Below the pieces are notes generated by a model that was not told the DNA's origin, did no database searches, and saw only the letters and a program-made list of their open reading frames with translations. Positions 42,255 to 53,640 of a DNA stretch of 64,000 bases are shown here, piece after piece. Both the position numbers and the translations under genes were made by a program. Position 1 is the first letter of the stretch, and every line of letters starts with the position of its first letter. The stretch comes from Nostoc sp. DedSLP01 (lineage in GTDB: Bacteria; Cyanobacteriota; Cyanobacteriia; Cyanobacteriales; Nostocaceae), in the NCBI GenBank assembly GCA_034530875.2, contig JAVRCJ020000003.1, positions 224,001 through 288,000 of the forward strand, written 5' to 3'.

Positions 42255-42346
42255 TGGACAAAAGTCCACAAGATGGCAGTATTAACCTCCTCTAAGCTGG
42301 TGAGGCAGTCTCCCAGCGCGGGGGAGATATTAGGAGGTATAGTATC
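42255..42346 (+). promoter_or_regulatory. Structured 5' leader of mgtE with anti-Shine-Dalgarno
   Basis: acctcct (42285-42291) complementary to aggaggt (42332-42338), with alternative hairpins between them. Confidence 0.4.
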
Positions 42347-43699
42347 ATGCTCACACAGGATATTCGGAATGCACTGATTGATACTACTGATTTAAATCAG
42401 CTGAAATGGGATTTAAATCAGTTACAACCCGTAGATGTAGGAGAATTTATTACACAATTGCCTGAAAAACAACGAGCGATCGCATTTCGTTTACTCAACA
42501 AAAATCAGGCAATTGATGTATTTGAATATCTGCCAACAGAAGTACAAGAAGAACTCATTAATTCTCTACACGATCTACAAGTAGTGCAACTTGTAGAAGC
42601 CATGAGTCCTGATGAACGAGCAGAATTGTTTGATGAATTACCTGCTGGAGTTATCAAACGGTTGTTAAAGGAATTGAGTTCAGAACAAAGGCAAGCCACA
42701 GCAACAATTCTCGGTTATCCAGAAGGCACCGCTGGGCGAGTCATGACTACCGAATATGTCCGATTGCGAGAAGGATTGACTGTCGGTGAAGCCCTCAGTA
42801 AAATCCGGCGTCAAGACGAAGACAAGGAGACAATTTACTACGCCTACGTTACAGACGACAACCGGACACTGGTAAGAGTGGTTTCACTGCGGCAGTTGTT
42901 GTTTACCTTTCCTGATGTTTATATCAGAGATATTGCCAGCGATCGCGTTATTAAGGTGCGAACCGAAACTTCTCAAGAAGAAGTCGCCCAAATCATGAAG
43001 CGCTATGACTTAATCGCCATTCCTGTAGTCGATCGGGAAGACCGATTGGTTGGGATTGTCACCATCGATGACGTAATCGATATTTTGGAAGAGGAAGCCA
43101 CAGAAGATATTCAAAAACTCGCTGGTGTGGGTGGAGATGAAGCTGCTTTGTCGTCTCCCCTTCTCACCATCCGCAACCGCTTGCCGTGGCTATTGGGCAT
43201 CATGGCCTTGTATATTGGTGCAGCTAGTGCGATCGCTCCTTTTCAATCTGTAATTTCCGCAGTGCCAGTTCTAGCAGTCATTATGCCGATTTTTTCTAAT
43301 ACCGGCGGGACTGTGGGAATTCAAGCTTTAACGGTGACAATCCGCGGCTTAGGAGTCGGGGAGGTAACACCCAAAGACACTATAAAAATTCTTCGCAAGG
43401 AAATCTTTGCTGGTTTAGGTACAGCTCTTGCTTTATCCACAACCATGATCCTGCTTTCGTTAATTTGGGCGCGTCCCCAAGAACGATGGGTGGCTTTAAT
43501 TGCTGGCACAGTCATGGCAACTAATACAATAGTGGCGGTGACTCTTGGTACTTTACTGCCAATGGCTTTGAAACGGTTGAAGCTCGACCCTGCCTTGGTT
43601 AGCGGCCCGTTAGTGACTACAATGCTAGATACAATTGGGTTTTTAACATTCCTCAGCCTAATTTCTCTAGCTTTAAACATTTTTCACTTACCAACTTGA
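42347..43699 (+). CDS. mgtE: Magnesium transporter MgtE
   Basis: YPEGTAGRVMTTE, CBS pair, RLPWL, DPALVSGPLVTTMLD. Confidence 0.95.
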   Translation: MLTQDIRNALIDTTDLNQLKWDLNQLQPVDVGEFITQLPEKQRAIAFRLLNKNQAIDVFEYLPTEVQEELINSLHDLQVVQLVEAMSPDERAELFDELPAGVIKRLLKELSSEQRQATATILGYPEGTAGRVMTTEYVRLREGLTVGEALSKIRRQDEDKETIYYAYVTDDNRTLVRVVSLRQLLFTFPDVYIRDIASDRVIKVRTETSQEEVAQIMKRYDLIAIPVVDREDRLVGIVTIDDVIDILEEEATEDIQKLAGVGGDEAALSSPLLTIRNRLPWLLGIMALYIGAASAIAPFQSVISAVPVLAVIMPIFSNTGGTVGIQALTVTIRGLGVGEVTPKDTIKILRKEIFAGLGTALALSTTMILLSLIWARPQERWVALIAGTVMATNTIVAVTLGTLLPMALKRLKLDPALVSGPLVTTMLDTIGFLTFLSLISLALNIFHLPT

Positions 43700-43891
43700 A
43701 GGGATTGGGGACTGGGGACTAGCGATTGGGAAGGAGAATTTAAGATAAACAGAGAATTCACTAGCTAAGGCTTACTGAGATTAAATACTTTCGAGAAAAT
43801 ACTTATTCCAAGTTGTCTTCCTTCCTAGCCTCTTGTCTCTATCATCTTTCCCAGTCACCAGTCCCCAGTTCCCAGTCCCTAACCCCCAAAT

Positions 43892-44944
43892 ATGCCTACA
43901 ACAACTTGGAATCGCCATCACGTCCTCTCCCTATCTGACTTCAGGCCGGCTGAATACGATACAGTTTTGCAAACTGCTGCTTCTTTTCAAGAGGTGCTAT
44001 CGCGGCGGACGAAGAAAGTACCAACGTTGCAGGGACAGGTGGTGGCGAATTTATTTTTTGAACCTTCTACCCGCACCCGTAGCAGTTTTGAACTTGCTGC
44101 TAAACGCTTGAGTGCGGATACATTGAACTTCGCCGCAGCTACCTCTTCGATGACTAAAGGAGAAACAATTCTCGACACGGCGAAAACTTATTTGGCTATG
44201 GGTACTGATATCATGGTAGTCCGGCATAAGGAGGCGGGAGTACCAAATGCGATCGCCGAAGAAATGGATCGTTTAGGTGTAAAAGTTAGCGTCCTCAATG
44301 CTGGCGACGGCCAGCACGAACATCCTTCCCAAGCATTGCTAGACTTATTTACCATTTGTAGTTTAATCGACCCCAATCATCCGCGACTGGAATTGTTAAA
44401 GGGTAAAAAGATTGCCATTGTTGGGGATATTTTGCATTCTCGTGTGGCGCGATCGAATATTTGGAGTTTCATCGCCAGTGGCGCCCAACTACACCTCGCC
44501 GCACCACCCACACTTTTACCCAAGTTATTCGCCGAGTACATCTTCGAGGAATCAGGAGACACCAATCAGCAGTTTATTACCTCCTCATCCCCCACTCCCC
44601 ACTCCCTACTCCCCACTCCCCAGCTATTCCTCCATTGGCAGCTAGAACCAGCTTTGGAGGATGCCGATTTTGTGATGACTTTGCGCTTGCAAAAGGAACG
44701 GATGACGGCTCATTTACTGCCAAGTTTGCGGGAATATCATCAGTTATTTGGTATTACAAGCGCAAAGTTGCAACTTTGTAAACCTAACGTCAAAGTTTTA
44801 CATCCAGGTCCGGTAAACCGTGGTGTTGAAATTAGTTCTGAGTTGATGGATGACCCAGAATTTAGTTTGATTCAATCGCAAGTTACTAGCGGTGTCGCCG
44901 TGCGGATGGCGTTGCTGTATCTATTAGGTAGTGGCAAGTCTTAA
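43892..44944 (+). CDS. pyrB: Aspartate carbamoyltransferase catalytic subunit
   Basis: [43 protein letters not shown]. Confidence 0.97.
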   Translation: MPTTTWNRHHVLSLSDFRPAEYDTVLQTAASFQEVLSRRTKKVPTLQGQVVANLFFEPSTRTRSSFELAAKRLSADTLNFAAATSSMTKGETILDTAKTYLAMGTDIMVVRHKEAGVPNAIAEEMDRLGVKVSVLNAGDGQHEHPSQALLDLFTICSLIDPNHPRLELLKGKKIAIVGDILHSRVARSNIWSFIASGAQLHLAAPPTLLPKLFAEYIFEESGDTNQQFITSSSPTPHSLLPTPQLFLHWQLEPALEDADFVMTLRLQKERMTAHLLPSLREYHQLFGITSAKLQLCKPNVKVLHPGPVNRGVEISSELMDDPEFSLIQSQVTSGVAVRMALLYLLGSGKS

Positions 44945-45513
44945 TAAGAGGGTAAACTCAAGCTAAATCCTGGCAATACATTTTCACCAGATAAATTTAT
45001 CGGCATTCGCACTTCTACATTCTGTTCTTGGCGGTAAATTTCTACTTGCTGCTGTTGCGGACTAATTAACCATGCCAATTTCACACTTGCATCCAGATAT
45101 TCTTGCATTTTCTGGCGCAGTATTGCTAAATCATCTGTTACTGACCTTAATTCAATGACAAAATCCGGTGCAATGGGCGGAAATTTACGTCTTTGTTCCG
45201 GGGTGAGTGCTTCCCAACGTTCTCGTTGAACCCAAGCAGCATCAGGGGAACGGTCTGCTCCATTTGGTAATTTAAATACAGTAGAGGAACTAAAAGTATA
45301 GCCGAGGCCGGTTTGCCGATTCCAAATGCCTAAATCAATAATTAAGTCGGCTTCACGGTTACCACTTTCGCCTCCAACTGGTGGCATAATTATCAATTCT
45401 CCCTTAGGAGTTCGTTCAAATTGAAACTCGCGGTTATTTTGACATAACTGGTAGAACTGTTCGTCTGTGAGGTGAACTGTGTCTAGCTTTAATGTCAAAG
45501 GACTTATAACCAT
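44941..45513 (-). CDS. Uma2 family (DUF820) endonuclease-like protein
   Basis: [35 protein letters not shown]. Confidence 0.93.
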   Translation of the reverse strand: MVISPLTLKLDTVHLTDEQFYQLCQNNREFQFERTPKGELIIMPPVGGESGNREADLIIDLGIWNRQTGLGYTFSSSTVFKLPNGADRSPDAAWVQRERWEALTPEQRRKFPPIAPDFVIELRSVTDDLAILRQKMQEYLDASVKLAWLISPQQQQVEIYRQEQNVEVRMPINLSGENVLPGFSLSLPSY

Positions 45514-45800
45514 AAAGTTAATTTCTTCAAAAGCCGATGATAATACTATATTGTCAAAATCCCCACTGTTGAGTTCGCTAATTTTTTACAGATAATTGGA
45601 TTGCTAGATATGCCTAAAGTAGTTAGTAGCAATCTTTGAATTTTAATCCCATAGGACTATTTTAAGGAAAAATACATACTCTCAGAGAAATTATCTATTC
45701 TTTCGTTCGCATGAAGACCCAACTCTAGAATTTTGGGAAACTTAAACTCATAGAAGTCAAGAAAATCATGACTTTTAGAAGTGTCGGAGGGAAATCAATA

Positions 45801-46241
45801 ATGAAACCAATATTTTTGACGGCAGCAGCTTTACTCACTACGCTATCTTTTGCTGCTCCTATTCCCGTCAAAGCTGAAAACTCCGCCCCTGTCCGGCGTT
45901 TGCTGGAAACTAGAGAATGTTTTGGATGCGATTTAACAGGAGCAAATCTCAAAGGCGCTCATTTAATTGGTGTTGATTTGAGAAATGCTAATTTAAAAGG
46001 TGCGAATTTAGAAGGTGCGAACTTAGAAGGTGCCGATTTAACTGGTGCTAATTTAAAGTCTGCTAATTTAAAAGAAGCATTCGTCAGCGATACTATATTA
46101 AGTAATGCTAATCTCACCAACGTGAATTTTAGTAATGCTCGTTTGTATAACAGTGATGTCAATGGTGCAGTTTTAGCGAATATCGATTTAAGCGGTGCTG
46201 ATGTATTTAATACTGCTATTAGTATTGGTGGTGAATATTAA
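45801..46241 (+). CDS. Exported pentapeptide repeat protein
   Basis: Signal peptide, RLLETRECFGCDL, A(N/D)LxG repeats; GGAGG RBS. Confidence 0.9.
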   Translation: MKPIFLTAAALLTTLSFAAPIPVKAENSAPVRRLLETRECFGCDLTGANLKGAHLIGVDLRNANLKGANLEGANLEGADLTGANLKSANLKEAFVSDTILSNANLTNVNFSNARLYNSDVNGAVLANIDLSGADVFNTAISIGGEY

Positions 46242-46398
46242 TCAATTTTGGATTTTAGATTTTAGATTTTGGATTGAATTCGTCGATAAATTCAGGGGCT
46301 TCTAAAACAATTTGGAATTTTAGATTATAAGAAAGAGACATTTTTAAATTTTGGATTTTGAATCTTTAATCCAAAATCCAAAATTTAAAATCTAAAAT

Positions 46399-47739
46399 TT
46401 ATTCACCAGTAATCGACAATTCATTAACCCAGATTCTCGGACAAATTCCTCCTGGGGTTAACTCCACTTCTTTTTCTACATAAATAATTGACTGCAAGAG
46501 TTCCAAGAAATCGCCGGCTACGGTTGCTGATTCAATACTCGTCTTCACACCTTTGTTAACCAGCCAACCATCAAACGGTAAAGAAAAGGAACCTTGCAAG
46601 GATTTAACTCCTGCATGGAGGGCGCGTACATCATCAATAAGAATCACATTTTCCGCAGTTTCTAAGTTAAATTCTTGCTCAGTAGTTGCTGTTGTAAAAA
46701 CGTGATAAAAATTGGGACTGACGCTAACTTTTGCTCCAATACTGGCATTACCTGTAGGTTGAGCATTTAACCTTTTGGCAGTACCAGCACTATGGAGAAA
46801 GCTTTTTAAAACACCATTTTCAATTAAGGAAACCTGACGAGTCGGAGTTCCTTCACCATCAAAAGTTTCTGCGCCTACATTAGCTGGATGTAGTGCATCA
46901 TCGTAAACTGAAAGCAGAGGAGAGGCAATTTGTTTACCTAAATCATCAGCTTTAGATAAACTTTGATTATCCAAAATACTTTGGGCATTGAATAAGTTAG
47001 AAAAAGCGCCCAATAAACTTAAGAAAGCTTCCGGCGAGAAAACAACTCGATATTTACCAGTTTGAATTTTTTCATAATTCAAGTGGCTAATAGTTTTTTC
47101 GGCGGTTTCTTTGATGCAACCGTTAATGTCTAGATCGTCTAAACTGTAGTTGATTCTAAAAGCGCCTGCACTGCGAGGTTTTTTTCCTTCTTCTTCAGTT
47201 TTGCTGTAAAGATAAACTGATGCTAAGGAATGAGATTCAGTTCTCAGGGCGCCATCGCTATTGAGATAAAACCGATCGATATCTCTTTGGGCAAGGCTGT
47301 TATAGGGTACACCTTTAATTGCTGGATGTGCTGCCAATAATTCTTTTTCAGCTACTAATAGTTTTTCTATTAGTTCGCTAACAGGTGCTTGGGGTGTTTT
47401 TTGTTCGGGTTTACTGGGAACAGGAATAGTAGCTTCGGGACTAAAATCAGGGACGTTTTCTTTAACGCCAAAAAAACTAGCTTCGTAGGCAGTTTTTAAA
47501 GCTAATTCTAATCCTTTGGGATCTACATCTGTGGTGCTGGTAACACCAATTGTATTATCTTCATTCCAGACGCGAACGGTAACGCCAGAGCGATTGGAGG
47601 CTTTGACTTGTTTTGGCTCTCCTCGGTCTACTTGGACGCTAGTATCATCTATTGTTGAGCCATAGATGTCAAATTTTTTGATGCCAAGCTTGTGAGCATT
47701 ATCCTTGGCATGATTTGCAATTTCATTGATATTCGCCAT
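46399..47739 (-). CDS. pmbA: TldE/PmbA family protein
   Basis: FDGEGTPT motif, no HExxH; downstream of tldD. Confidence 0.88.
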   Translation of the reverse strand: MANINEIANHAKDNAHKLGIKKFDIYGSTIDDTSVQVDRGEPKQVKASNRSGVTVRVWNEDNTIGVTSTTDVDPKGLELALKTAYEASFFGVKENVPDFSPEATIPVPSKPEQKTPQAPVSELIEKLLVAEKELLAAHPAIKGVPYNSLAQRDIDRFYLNSDGALRTESHSLASVYLYSKTEEEGKKPRSAGAFRINYSLDDLDINGCIKETAEKTISHLNYEKIQTGKYRVVFSPEAFLSLLGAFSNLFNAQSILDNQSLSKADDLGKQIASPLLSVYDDALHPANVGAETFDGEGTPTRQVSLIENGVLKSFLHSAGTAKRLNAQPTGNASIGAKVSVSPNFYHVFTTATTEQEFNLETAENVILIDDVRALHAGVKSLQGSFSLPFDGWLVNKGVKTSIESATVAGDFLELLQSIIYVEKEVELTPGGICPRIWVNELSITGE

Positions 47740-47930
47740 AGTCAATCGGAGATTTTGAATTAGCAGCTATTTTATTTTGGAGATTAGGTTGAGGATTTTG
47801 GATGTTAAGTTATTCCACATAAAACTTTCATATCTTGGGCGGGCAAGACGCCTACCCCACAATAAATGTATAGTTTAATATGCAGATTAAATGTGGTTTA
47901 GGCTGGTTGAAAATCCAAAATCCAAAGTTT

Positions 47931-49403
47931 TTATCTTCCGCCTACGGTAATAGAATCAACTTTGATGTGTGGTTGTCCAACTGTGGTGTAAATACTACCG
48001 CTGACAGAACCACAAAAACCCGGGGCAATTTCTAAATCTTTAGAACACATGGAAATTTTATTCATAATTTCCGTAGCTTCACCAATCAGAATTGCTCCCT
48101 TTAATGGCTTAGTAATTTTGCCATTTTCAATCAAATAAGCTTCATCAACACCAAAGTTAAATTGACCTGTAGCGCCAACGCTACCGCCACCCATTTTTTT
48201 ACAGTAAATGCCTTTATCAATAGAGGCAAATAAATCGTCAATGTTGTATTCGCCAGAATCAATATAAGTATTACGCATCCGGCTAGCGGCGGCAAAGGTG
48301 TAGTTTTGGCGGCGTCCGCTTCCAGTTCTGGGATGTCCGGTGAGTATGGAACCTGTTCTATCTGCTAGGAAGTTTTTGAGTACGCCTTTTTCAATTAATA
48401 GGGTTCTTTGAGCTGGCATACCTTCGTCGTCCATGTCAATTGTTCCGAAGGCATTGTCAGAACGTCCTTCATCCCAAGCTGTTAAACTTTCATGGGCAAT
48501 TTTTTGGCCTTTTTTGTCAGCAAAGGGGGAAGTATTGCGTTCAATTTGGGTGGTTTCTAGGAGGTGTCCGCAGGCTTCGTGGAAGATTACGCCGCCAAAG
48601 TGATTGGCCATAATGATGGGGTAAGTACCTGATTCTACGTAATCTGCATAGAGCATTTTGCCAGCGGATTCTGCTATTTTTTCAGCAGCTTGTTGATAAT
48701 CCCAGGTTCTTAAGAAGTCGGCATCGCTAGTGTTACCAGCGCGATCGCCTATTGAGGTACGATTAGCACCATCGGCACACAACAGGTTAAATCCTACTGA
48801 TTGGGTGAGGCGAATGTCACGGGCAAAAGTACCGTCACTGGCGGCGACTAAGACTTCTTGCCAATCTCGAAAATAACTAGCGCGCCGCGATTGCACGTGG
48901 CTGGCTTTTTGTTTCAGGTAACCTGTACCATCTAAAAGGACTTCTCCCATTTCGCGGATGGAACTACAAGCTGGTAGCCATACATCTTTACCTCTTTTGG
49001 TGGCGTAATCTCTCAGTAGTTCGAGGTAGATTTCGGGGATGAAAGAACTAGGTGCGGGTAAGTGCAATCCCATAATTGACAGACCTTTTTCTAAGGCTGC
49101 TTTCAAACCCGCAAACGAAAGGTCATTGGTGCTGACATAGCAATCAGCTTTCCCGCGAAAGACTCTGACTCCGGCACCTGTAGACAAACTTGGTGAAATA
49201 CTTGTAATGGCGTCGTCTTCTGCAAGACAACTAATATAGTTGCGACGTTCTAAGAAGAATTCGATGAAGTCAGCGCCAGCGGCGCGTCCTAGTCCCAAGA
49301 GGGTAGCTAGAGGGGCTTCCCAGGTTTCATCGAAACGCTCTGGGGTGGAGGAATATTGTAAGCTGGGAAGTTGATTCGAGAGAAGTAGCGTACTTGTAAG
49401 CAT
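47931..49403 (-). CDS. tldD: TldD metalloprotease
   Basis: HEACGH zinc motif, DDEG, RMRNTY, GFCG. Confidence 0.92.
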   Translation of the reverse strand: MLTSTLLLSNQLPSLQYSSTPERFDETWEAPLATLLGLGRAAGADFIEFFLERRNYISCLAEDDAITSISPSLSTGAGVRVFRGKADCYVSTNDLSFAGLKAALEKGLSIMGLHLPAPSSFIPEIYLELLRDYATKRGKDVWLPACSSIREMGEVLLDGTGYLKQKASHVQSRRASYFRDWQEVLVAASDGTFARDIRLTQSVGFNLLCADGANRTSIGDRAGNTSDADFLRTWDYQQAAEKIAESAGKMLYADYVESGTYPIIMANHFGGVIFHEACGHLLETTQIERNTSPFADKKGQKIAHESLTAWDEGRSDNAFGTIDMDDEGMPAQRTLLIEKGVLKNFLADRTGSILTGHPRTGSGRRQNYTFAAASRMRNTYIDSGEYNIDDLFASIDKGIYCKKMGGGSVGATGQFNFGVDEAYLIENGKITKPLKGAILIGEATEIMNKISMCSKDLEIAPGFCGSVSGSIYTTVGQPHIKVDSITVGGR

Positions 49404-49729
49404 GGGTAGCCTCGTCTGCTGGCGTTATTCAGAGATTTGACTGAGAAATCCTGGTGAGTTCAGTCTAACAAATGAGTGAAAGCCACAGCTGGCAGCAAAG
49501 TAGTGTGGATTTCCCTCCTATTACAAAAATAGACTTCTTGTAGGAGTGGGGAAGGGAGAAAGGGGAAAGGGGTATACCAATTCACGAAATTACTGCTACA
49601 AATCACTTTCTCTGCTCCCTCTGCTCTCTTTGCGTATCATTTTTAAAGTGAAATGGTATCAGTTCCCAGTTCGCAATCACCAGTATCTATTTTCAAAGCA
49701 GGTCTAATTTTGAGCTAATTAAATCATAA

Positions 49730-49754
49730 AGGGGCGCACGGTGTACGCCCCTAC
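49730..49754 (-). repeat. GTAG-type REP-like palindrome
   Basis: Minus strand GTAGGGGCGTACACCGTGCGCCCCT. Confidence 0.65.
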
Positions 49755-49944
49755 AGGAGATTATGGTTCAAATAAAAGAGATGCACTTATATGTATTTAG
49801 GCTGCACTTTTATGAATGAAAAGTGCGACAAAATGCTAACAGGTATGGGTTGATAATTGCGAGTTAGGAATTAATATAACTCCTACAAAATATGTAATTT
49901 TGTTTGCTGATGAGGTTAATTTGACCAGACTCTCCTGTTTAGGT

Positions 49945-50769
49945 TTATTTGCGATTTGCTATTTTCAAGGGAATTCTTACTGTTTGTTGGCCGTCGAAAG
50001 CTTCATCTAAATTGGGATTTGGTCTTGTGGATAATAGATTTTTTAACAAAACCTTTAGTGTCCGAACAATAGTTTTGAGAACTTTCATTTTGCTAGCAGT
50101 CGGCTTTTGGTCGTATCTCAAAACCATTGGAACTTCTACGATCCTGGGTTTGAAGACTTTAGCTTTCAGCAGTAAATCGATCATGCAAGCAAATCCACTT
50201 TCTGTAAAGAGATTGTCGCCATAATACGCATCAAGTTTGCTAAGCAAAGTACGGTTATACAATCTATAACCGCAAGTGTAATCTCTTACACCTGGTACGC
50301 GGGCTGCAATTCTAAATAGCCAGCTTGCTCCGTAGCTCATAAACTCTCTAAATTTGGATAAGCCGACGACTTTGGAGCCTTTGCGATATCTAGATGCGAT
50401 CGCAATATCATAACCACCACCGATCATCGTCTCATACATTTTGATTAAAAGTTCTGGCGGTTGGGTATCATCGCAATCCATCGCGCCTAAAAAATCACCT
50501 TCTTGAGAAATTTCTAAGAAAGTTGTAAAGCCTGTTTTAATTGCTTGGCCTAAACCAGCATTTTTGGCATGTCGAACTAATTTCAGTGCTATACCCAGTG
50601 CTTGAGATTGTTCGAGGGCAGTCTCAGATGTGCGATCGGCACTGCCATCATCAACTAAAATTAATTGCATATCCATTTTAGAGATTTGCTGCAATTGTTG
50701 AAATCTCTGAAACAATGGGGGAATTGATTCTTGTTCGTTATATGCAGGTAAAAGGACGTAAAGAGTCAT
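49945..50769 (-). CDS. GT2 polyprenyl-phosphate glycosyltransferase (ArnC/DPM1-like)
   Basis: LPAYNE, VDDGSAD, NAGLGQA, MDCD, IASRY, RDYTCGYR. Confidence 0.9.
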   Translation of the reverse strand: MTLYVLLPAYNEQESIPPLFQRFQQLQQISKMDMQLILVDDGSADRTSETALEQSQALGIALKLVRHAKNAGLGQAIKTGFTTFLEISQEGDFLGAMDCDDTQPPELLIKMYETMIGGGYDIAIASRYRKGSKVVGLSKFREFMSYGASWLFRIAARVPGVRDYTCGYRLYNRTLLSKLDAYYGDNLFTESGFACMIDLLLKAKVFKPRIVEVPMVLRYDQKPTASKMKVLKTIVRTLKVLLKNLLSTRPNPNLDEAFDGQQTVRIPLKIANRK

Positions 50770-50810
50770 AATTGCCTCGTAAAATATTGAAATTATTCAA
50801 TAATAAAATT

Positions 50811-52115
50811 TCAAGAATTTAGTAATGTTGATTTTTTCAGAAATTCATCAACATGTCTGACAACGGCATTGTTATTGACGCTATCATTCACGAACTGTGA
50901 AGTATTGACAACATAAAAATCAGCATTTTCAGTACTCACTTTGGGAACAAGACTTGAATAGTTCAAAACTTGTAGTGGTTGTACTTTCATGGCTCGATTA
51001 ATATGTGCGGCCACAATGTCATCTTGTTTGAGTTCTGGGAACATCAAACGTATACCCTGGAAAAATAGTTGCCGCAATTCTTCATCTGGTAGTTTTAATA
51101 ATGGGTCGGTAGAAAGTATATATTTTGGTAGAAATGTCATGTGATATCCCGCCGTTTCTTGCAAAGAAACGAGGTTGCTCATACCGATAACTCCGGTAAA
51201 TGGAATATTTCTATCGGCAATATTTACTACGTAATAAGGAATTAAAGCCTTACGAGTAATAAGTGTCATACAAACTACACCCAGGTACTCTACTGTTTCC
51301 CGAGTCTGGGAAACTTTCACCAGTTCATTAGCAGCAACCTGTTGCAGGACATTAACCGGACCGGTAAATATGACTTTATCAAAATGTTCTTTTTTACCTT
51401 GAGATTCGACCCAAATTCCACCCTCTTGAGCAGGCCCGATATACTCTACAGCAGTACTTGTACGAACCTGACCTCCAGCCGCATTAATTAATTCTTCTAA
51501 ACGGTCTATTACAGTTTTGTAACCGCCAGAAACGTAACCAAGTTGTTCTTTACTTAATGAAGAATCCCGCGCTGAAAATAGTCTTCTGATATAAGCCCAG
51601 ATAAAAACAGCTGAGATTCGCTTATAGTTCTCTCCTAATTTAGAAAGAAGTAAGGGTTTCCAAAGCTTTTCGTATGTGCTTCTTCCACCTAATTTTAATA
51701 GCCAATCTTCAACTAAAATCTTTTCTAAGCGTTGCCAATTATTTATCCGCGAACCATATAAAAGAGTAAAAGCTAATCTAATTTTTCCGAGCAATCCAAA
51801 TAAAGGAAAGCGCAGAAACTCTATAGCGTTACTAATGGAATAAAACTTTTTCTTGTCATAAAAACCTGTTAAACTACGATTCCAGCGTAGTTTATCTCCA
51901 AGACCGATATCTCTAATGAAATTTATTAAATGAGTATCAGAAGGTAGAATAACGTGATAAAAACGATCCCAGGTAAATAACCCGTAATCATGATAGGTGG
52001 TAAGTCCACCAAGTTGGCTGTTGTTATCAAAAACAGTTACTGTATGTCCTTGATGTGAAAGACGTTGAGCTAATACCAGCCCAGTTATTCCTCCGCCAAT
52101 GATGCCAATTTTCAT
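50811..52115 (-). CDS. FAD-dependent oxidoreductase (amine oxidase / HemY-like superfamily)
   Basis: IGIIGGGITGL Rossmann motif, LGGL, DRFYH. Confidence 0.85.
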   Translation of the reverse strand: MKIGIIGGGITGLVLAQRLSHQGHTVTVFDNNSQLGGLTTYHDYGLFTWDRFYHVILPSDTHLINFIRDIGLGDKLRWNRSLTGFYDKKKFYSISNAIEFLRFPLFGLLGKIRLAFTLLYGSRINNWQRLEKILVEDWLLKLGGRSTYEKLWKPLLLSKLGENYKRISAVFIWAYIRRLFSARDSSLSKEQLGYVSGGYKTVIDRLEELINAAGGQVRTSTAVEYIGPAQEGGIWVESQGKKEHFDKVIFTGPVNVLQQVAANELVKVSQTRETVEYLGVVCMTLITRKALIPYYVVNIADRNIPFTGVIGMSNLVSLQETAGYHMTFLPKYILSTDPLLKLPDEELRQLFFQGIRLMFPELKQDDIVAAHINRAMKVQPLQVLNYSSLVPKVSTENADFYVVNTSQFVNDSVNNNAVVRHVDEFLKKSTLLNS

Positions 52116-52186
52116 AAACCTTAGATTTTTCTAGATATTTGGTTCAAATTTATATTTTTAGTAAAAATTTATAGCCTATGGAGCTA

Positions 52187-52543
52187 TTAATGTACGACAA
52201 GGATTACTCCAGTAATAATAATTCCTATTCCTAACCACTGGCTCAATACAACTTTCTCTTTTAGCAGATAGTGAGAAGCGATCGGTATAAGCGCATACAT
52301 TAAACCTAAAACAGGAAATGCTTGGCTCAAAGGAACTGTCCGTAACACATACAGCCACAACAAAGTCATGAATACATAACAAATAAACCAGATTGCAAAA
52401 TAACGAGAGAATACTAAATTGCGGATAGATGCGCCTGCTTCTTTGTCGTCAGTAGAAATGTAAAGTCCATACTTTAGCGATAAGTTAGCTACTGTTCCAA
52501 ACAAAACTACAAGCATTAAATTTAAACCGTTAATAATGTTCAT
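52187..52543 (-). CDS. SMR/EamA-type 4-TM protein (ArnE/ArnF-like flippase subunit)
   Basis: WLYVLRTVPLSQAFP, LKEKV, GIGIIITGV. Confidence 0.8.
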   Translation of the reverse strand: MNIINGLNLMLVVLFGTVANLSLKYGLYISTDDKEAGASIRNLVFSRYFAIWFICYVFMTLLWLYVLRTVPLSQAFPVLGLMYALIPIASHYLLKEKVVLSQWLGIGIIITGVILVVH

Positions 52544-52577
52544 TTTATTTATTTGGTGTTAAGTAACTATAAATTTT

Positions 52578-52964
52578 TTATTTAGACTCTTTTCCAGTAA
52601 TGACTACTAAAAGAACGCCTACAAAAATAGTAATTACTCCTAATATTCTATTGAAAGTAATTACTTCATTAAAAAAATAAGATGACCCAAAAAGTATACC
52701 AACGTAGTTTAAACTAGTTACTGGATAAGCAATACTCAATTTGACGCTTCGCAAAGCTAATATCCAAGTGACGATCGCCAAACAATAAACGCTTACAGCT
52801 AATACCAATTGTTGAAGAAATTCCCAACTAAAGAATCCTTGCTGGCTATTGCTCATGGTATGTTTCATCAGCAATTGCCCTGAAATACTAAATAAAATAC
52901 TGACAAATAAGATGATATATGAAGTTATGGGTAAGCGTAATATTTGTAGTACGGATTTAATCAT
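52578..52964 (-). CDS. SMR/EamA-type 4-TM protein (ArnE/ArnF-like flippase subunit)
   Basis: SGQLLMK, WILALRSVKLSIAYP, FFNE. Confidence 0.8.
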   Translation of the reverse strand: MIKSVLQILRLPITSYIILFVSILFSISGQLLMKHTMSNSQQGFFSWEFLQQLVLAVSVYCLAIVTWILALRSVKLSIAYPVTSLNYVGILFGSSYFFNEVITFNRILGVITIFVGVLLVVITGKESK

Positions 52965-53640
52965 AGATTTGCCCCAATGGAAATAGTAGGTATAAACCAG
53001 ACAGTAACAGCCTGTCAGTTTGAACGCTTTGGATTTCGGTCACACCTTCTCAAAAATTTGACCTCCCACTTCAGTAAAAAAAACAACAAATATTAAGAAG
53101 GTTAGTTTGAAGGGACTGAGATCAAAATCACCATCGAAGCTTGTGCCCTAGAGTTAACAACTAAAGACTATGCAGTTTGTAGGTAGGTAGTTGCTGTATA
53201 GCAGTAGCGTCCCGTATTTTCGCAGCCTCCCAGTTAGAATTTAGGACTAATATCTGGGCAAAAGTGGCTTAGTATATGGATAGAGCAAAGTTTGAGAGCT
53301 TTAACTATAAGTCGATCTTAGATACTGTTTGTCAGTAGGCGATCGCTAAATTTTTAGAGAATACTCGTTCTTAACATTTAAGCGAGTCAAAATGGATTGA
53401 GGAACTTTTGTATGAATCCATTCATCAGGTTTCATCAGTTGCTTGCATTTATCCTGCTCTAGAAATCTTGGTGAACGCACACTGAACTTGTTAAGTGATT
53501 AACTTGTTTATTGACTACATGTAGTTTTCACTAGAGTTATTTCTCAAAATTTCTTTCTACATGTAATTACTTACTAGAATACCACGAGAAAAGCGTGTTG
53601 CAAATTTATCGCCGCACTTCATCAAAAATTTACTTACCGA

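Noticed and set aside
46399..49403. tldD/pmbA as part of a RiPP biosynthetic cluster
   Set aside because: No precursor peptide, YcaO or other modification enzyme adjacent; it looks like the housekeeping pair.
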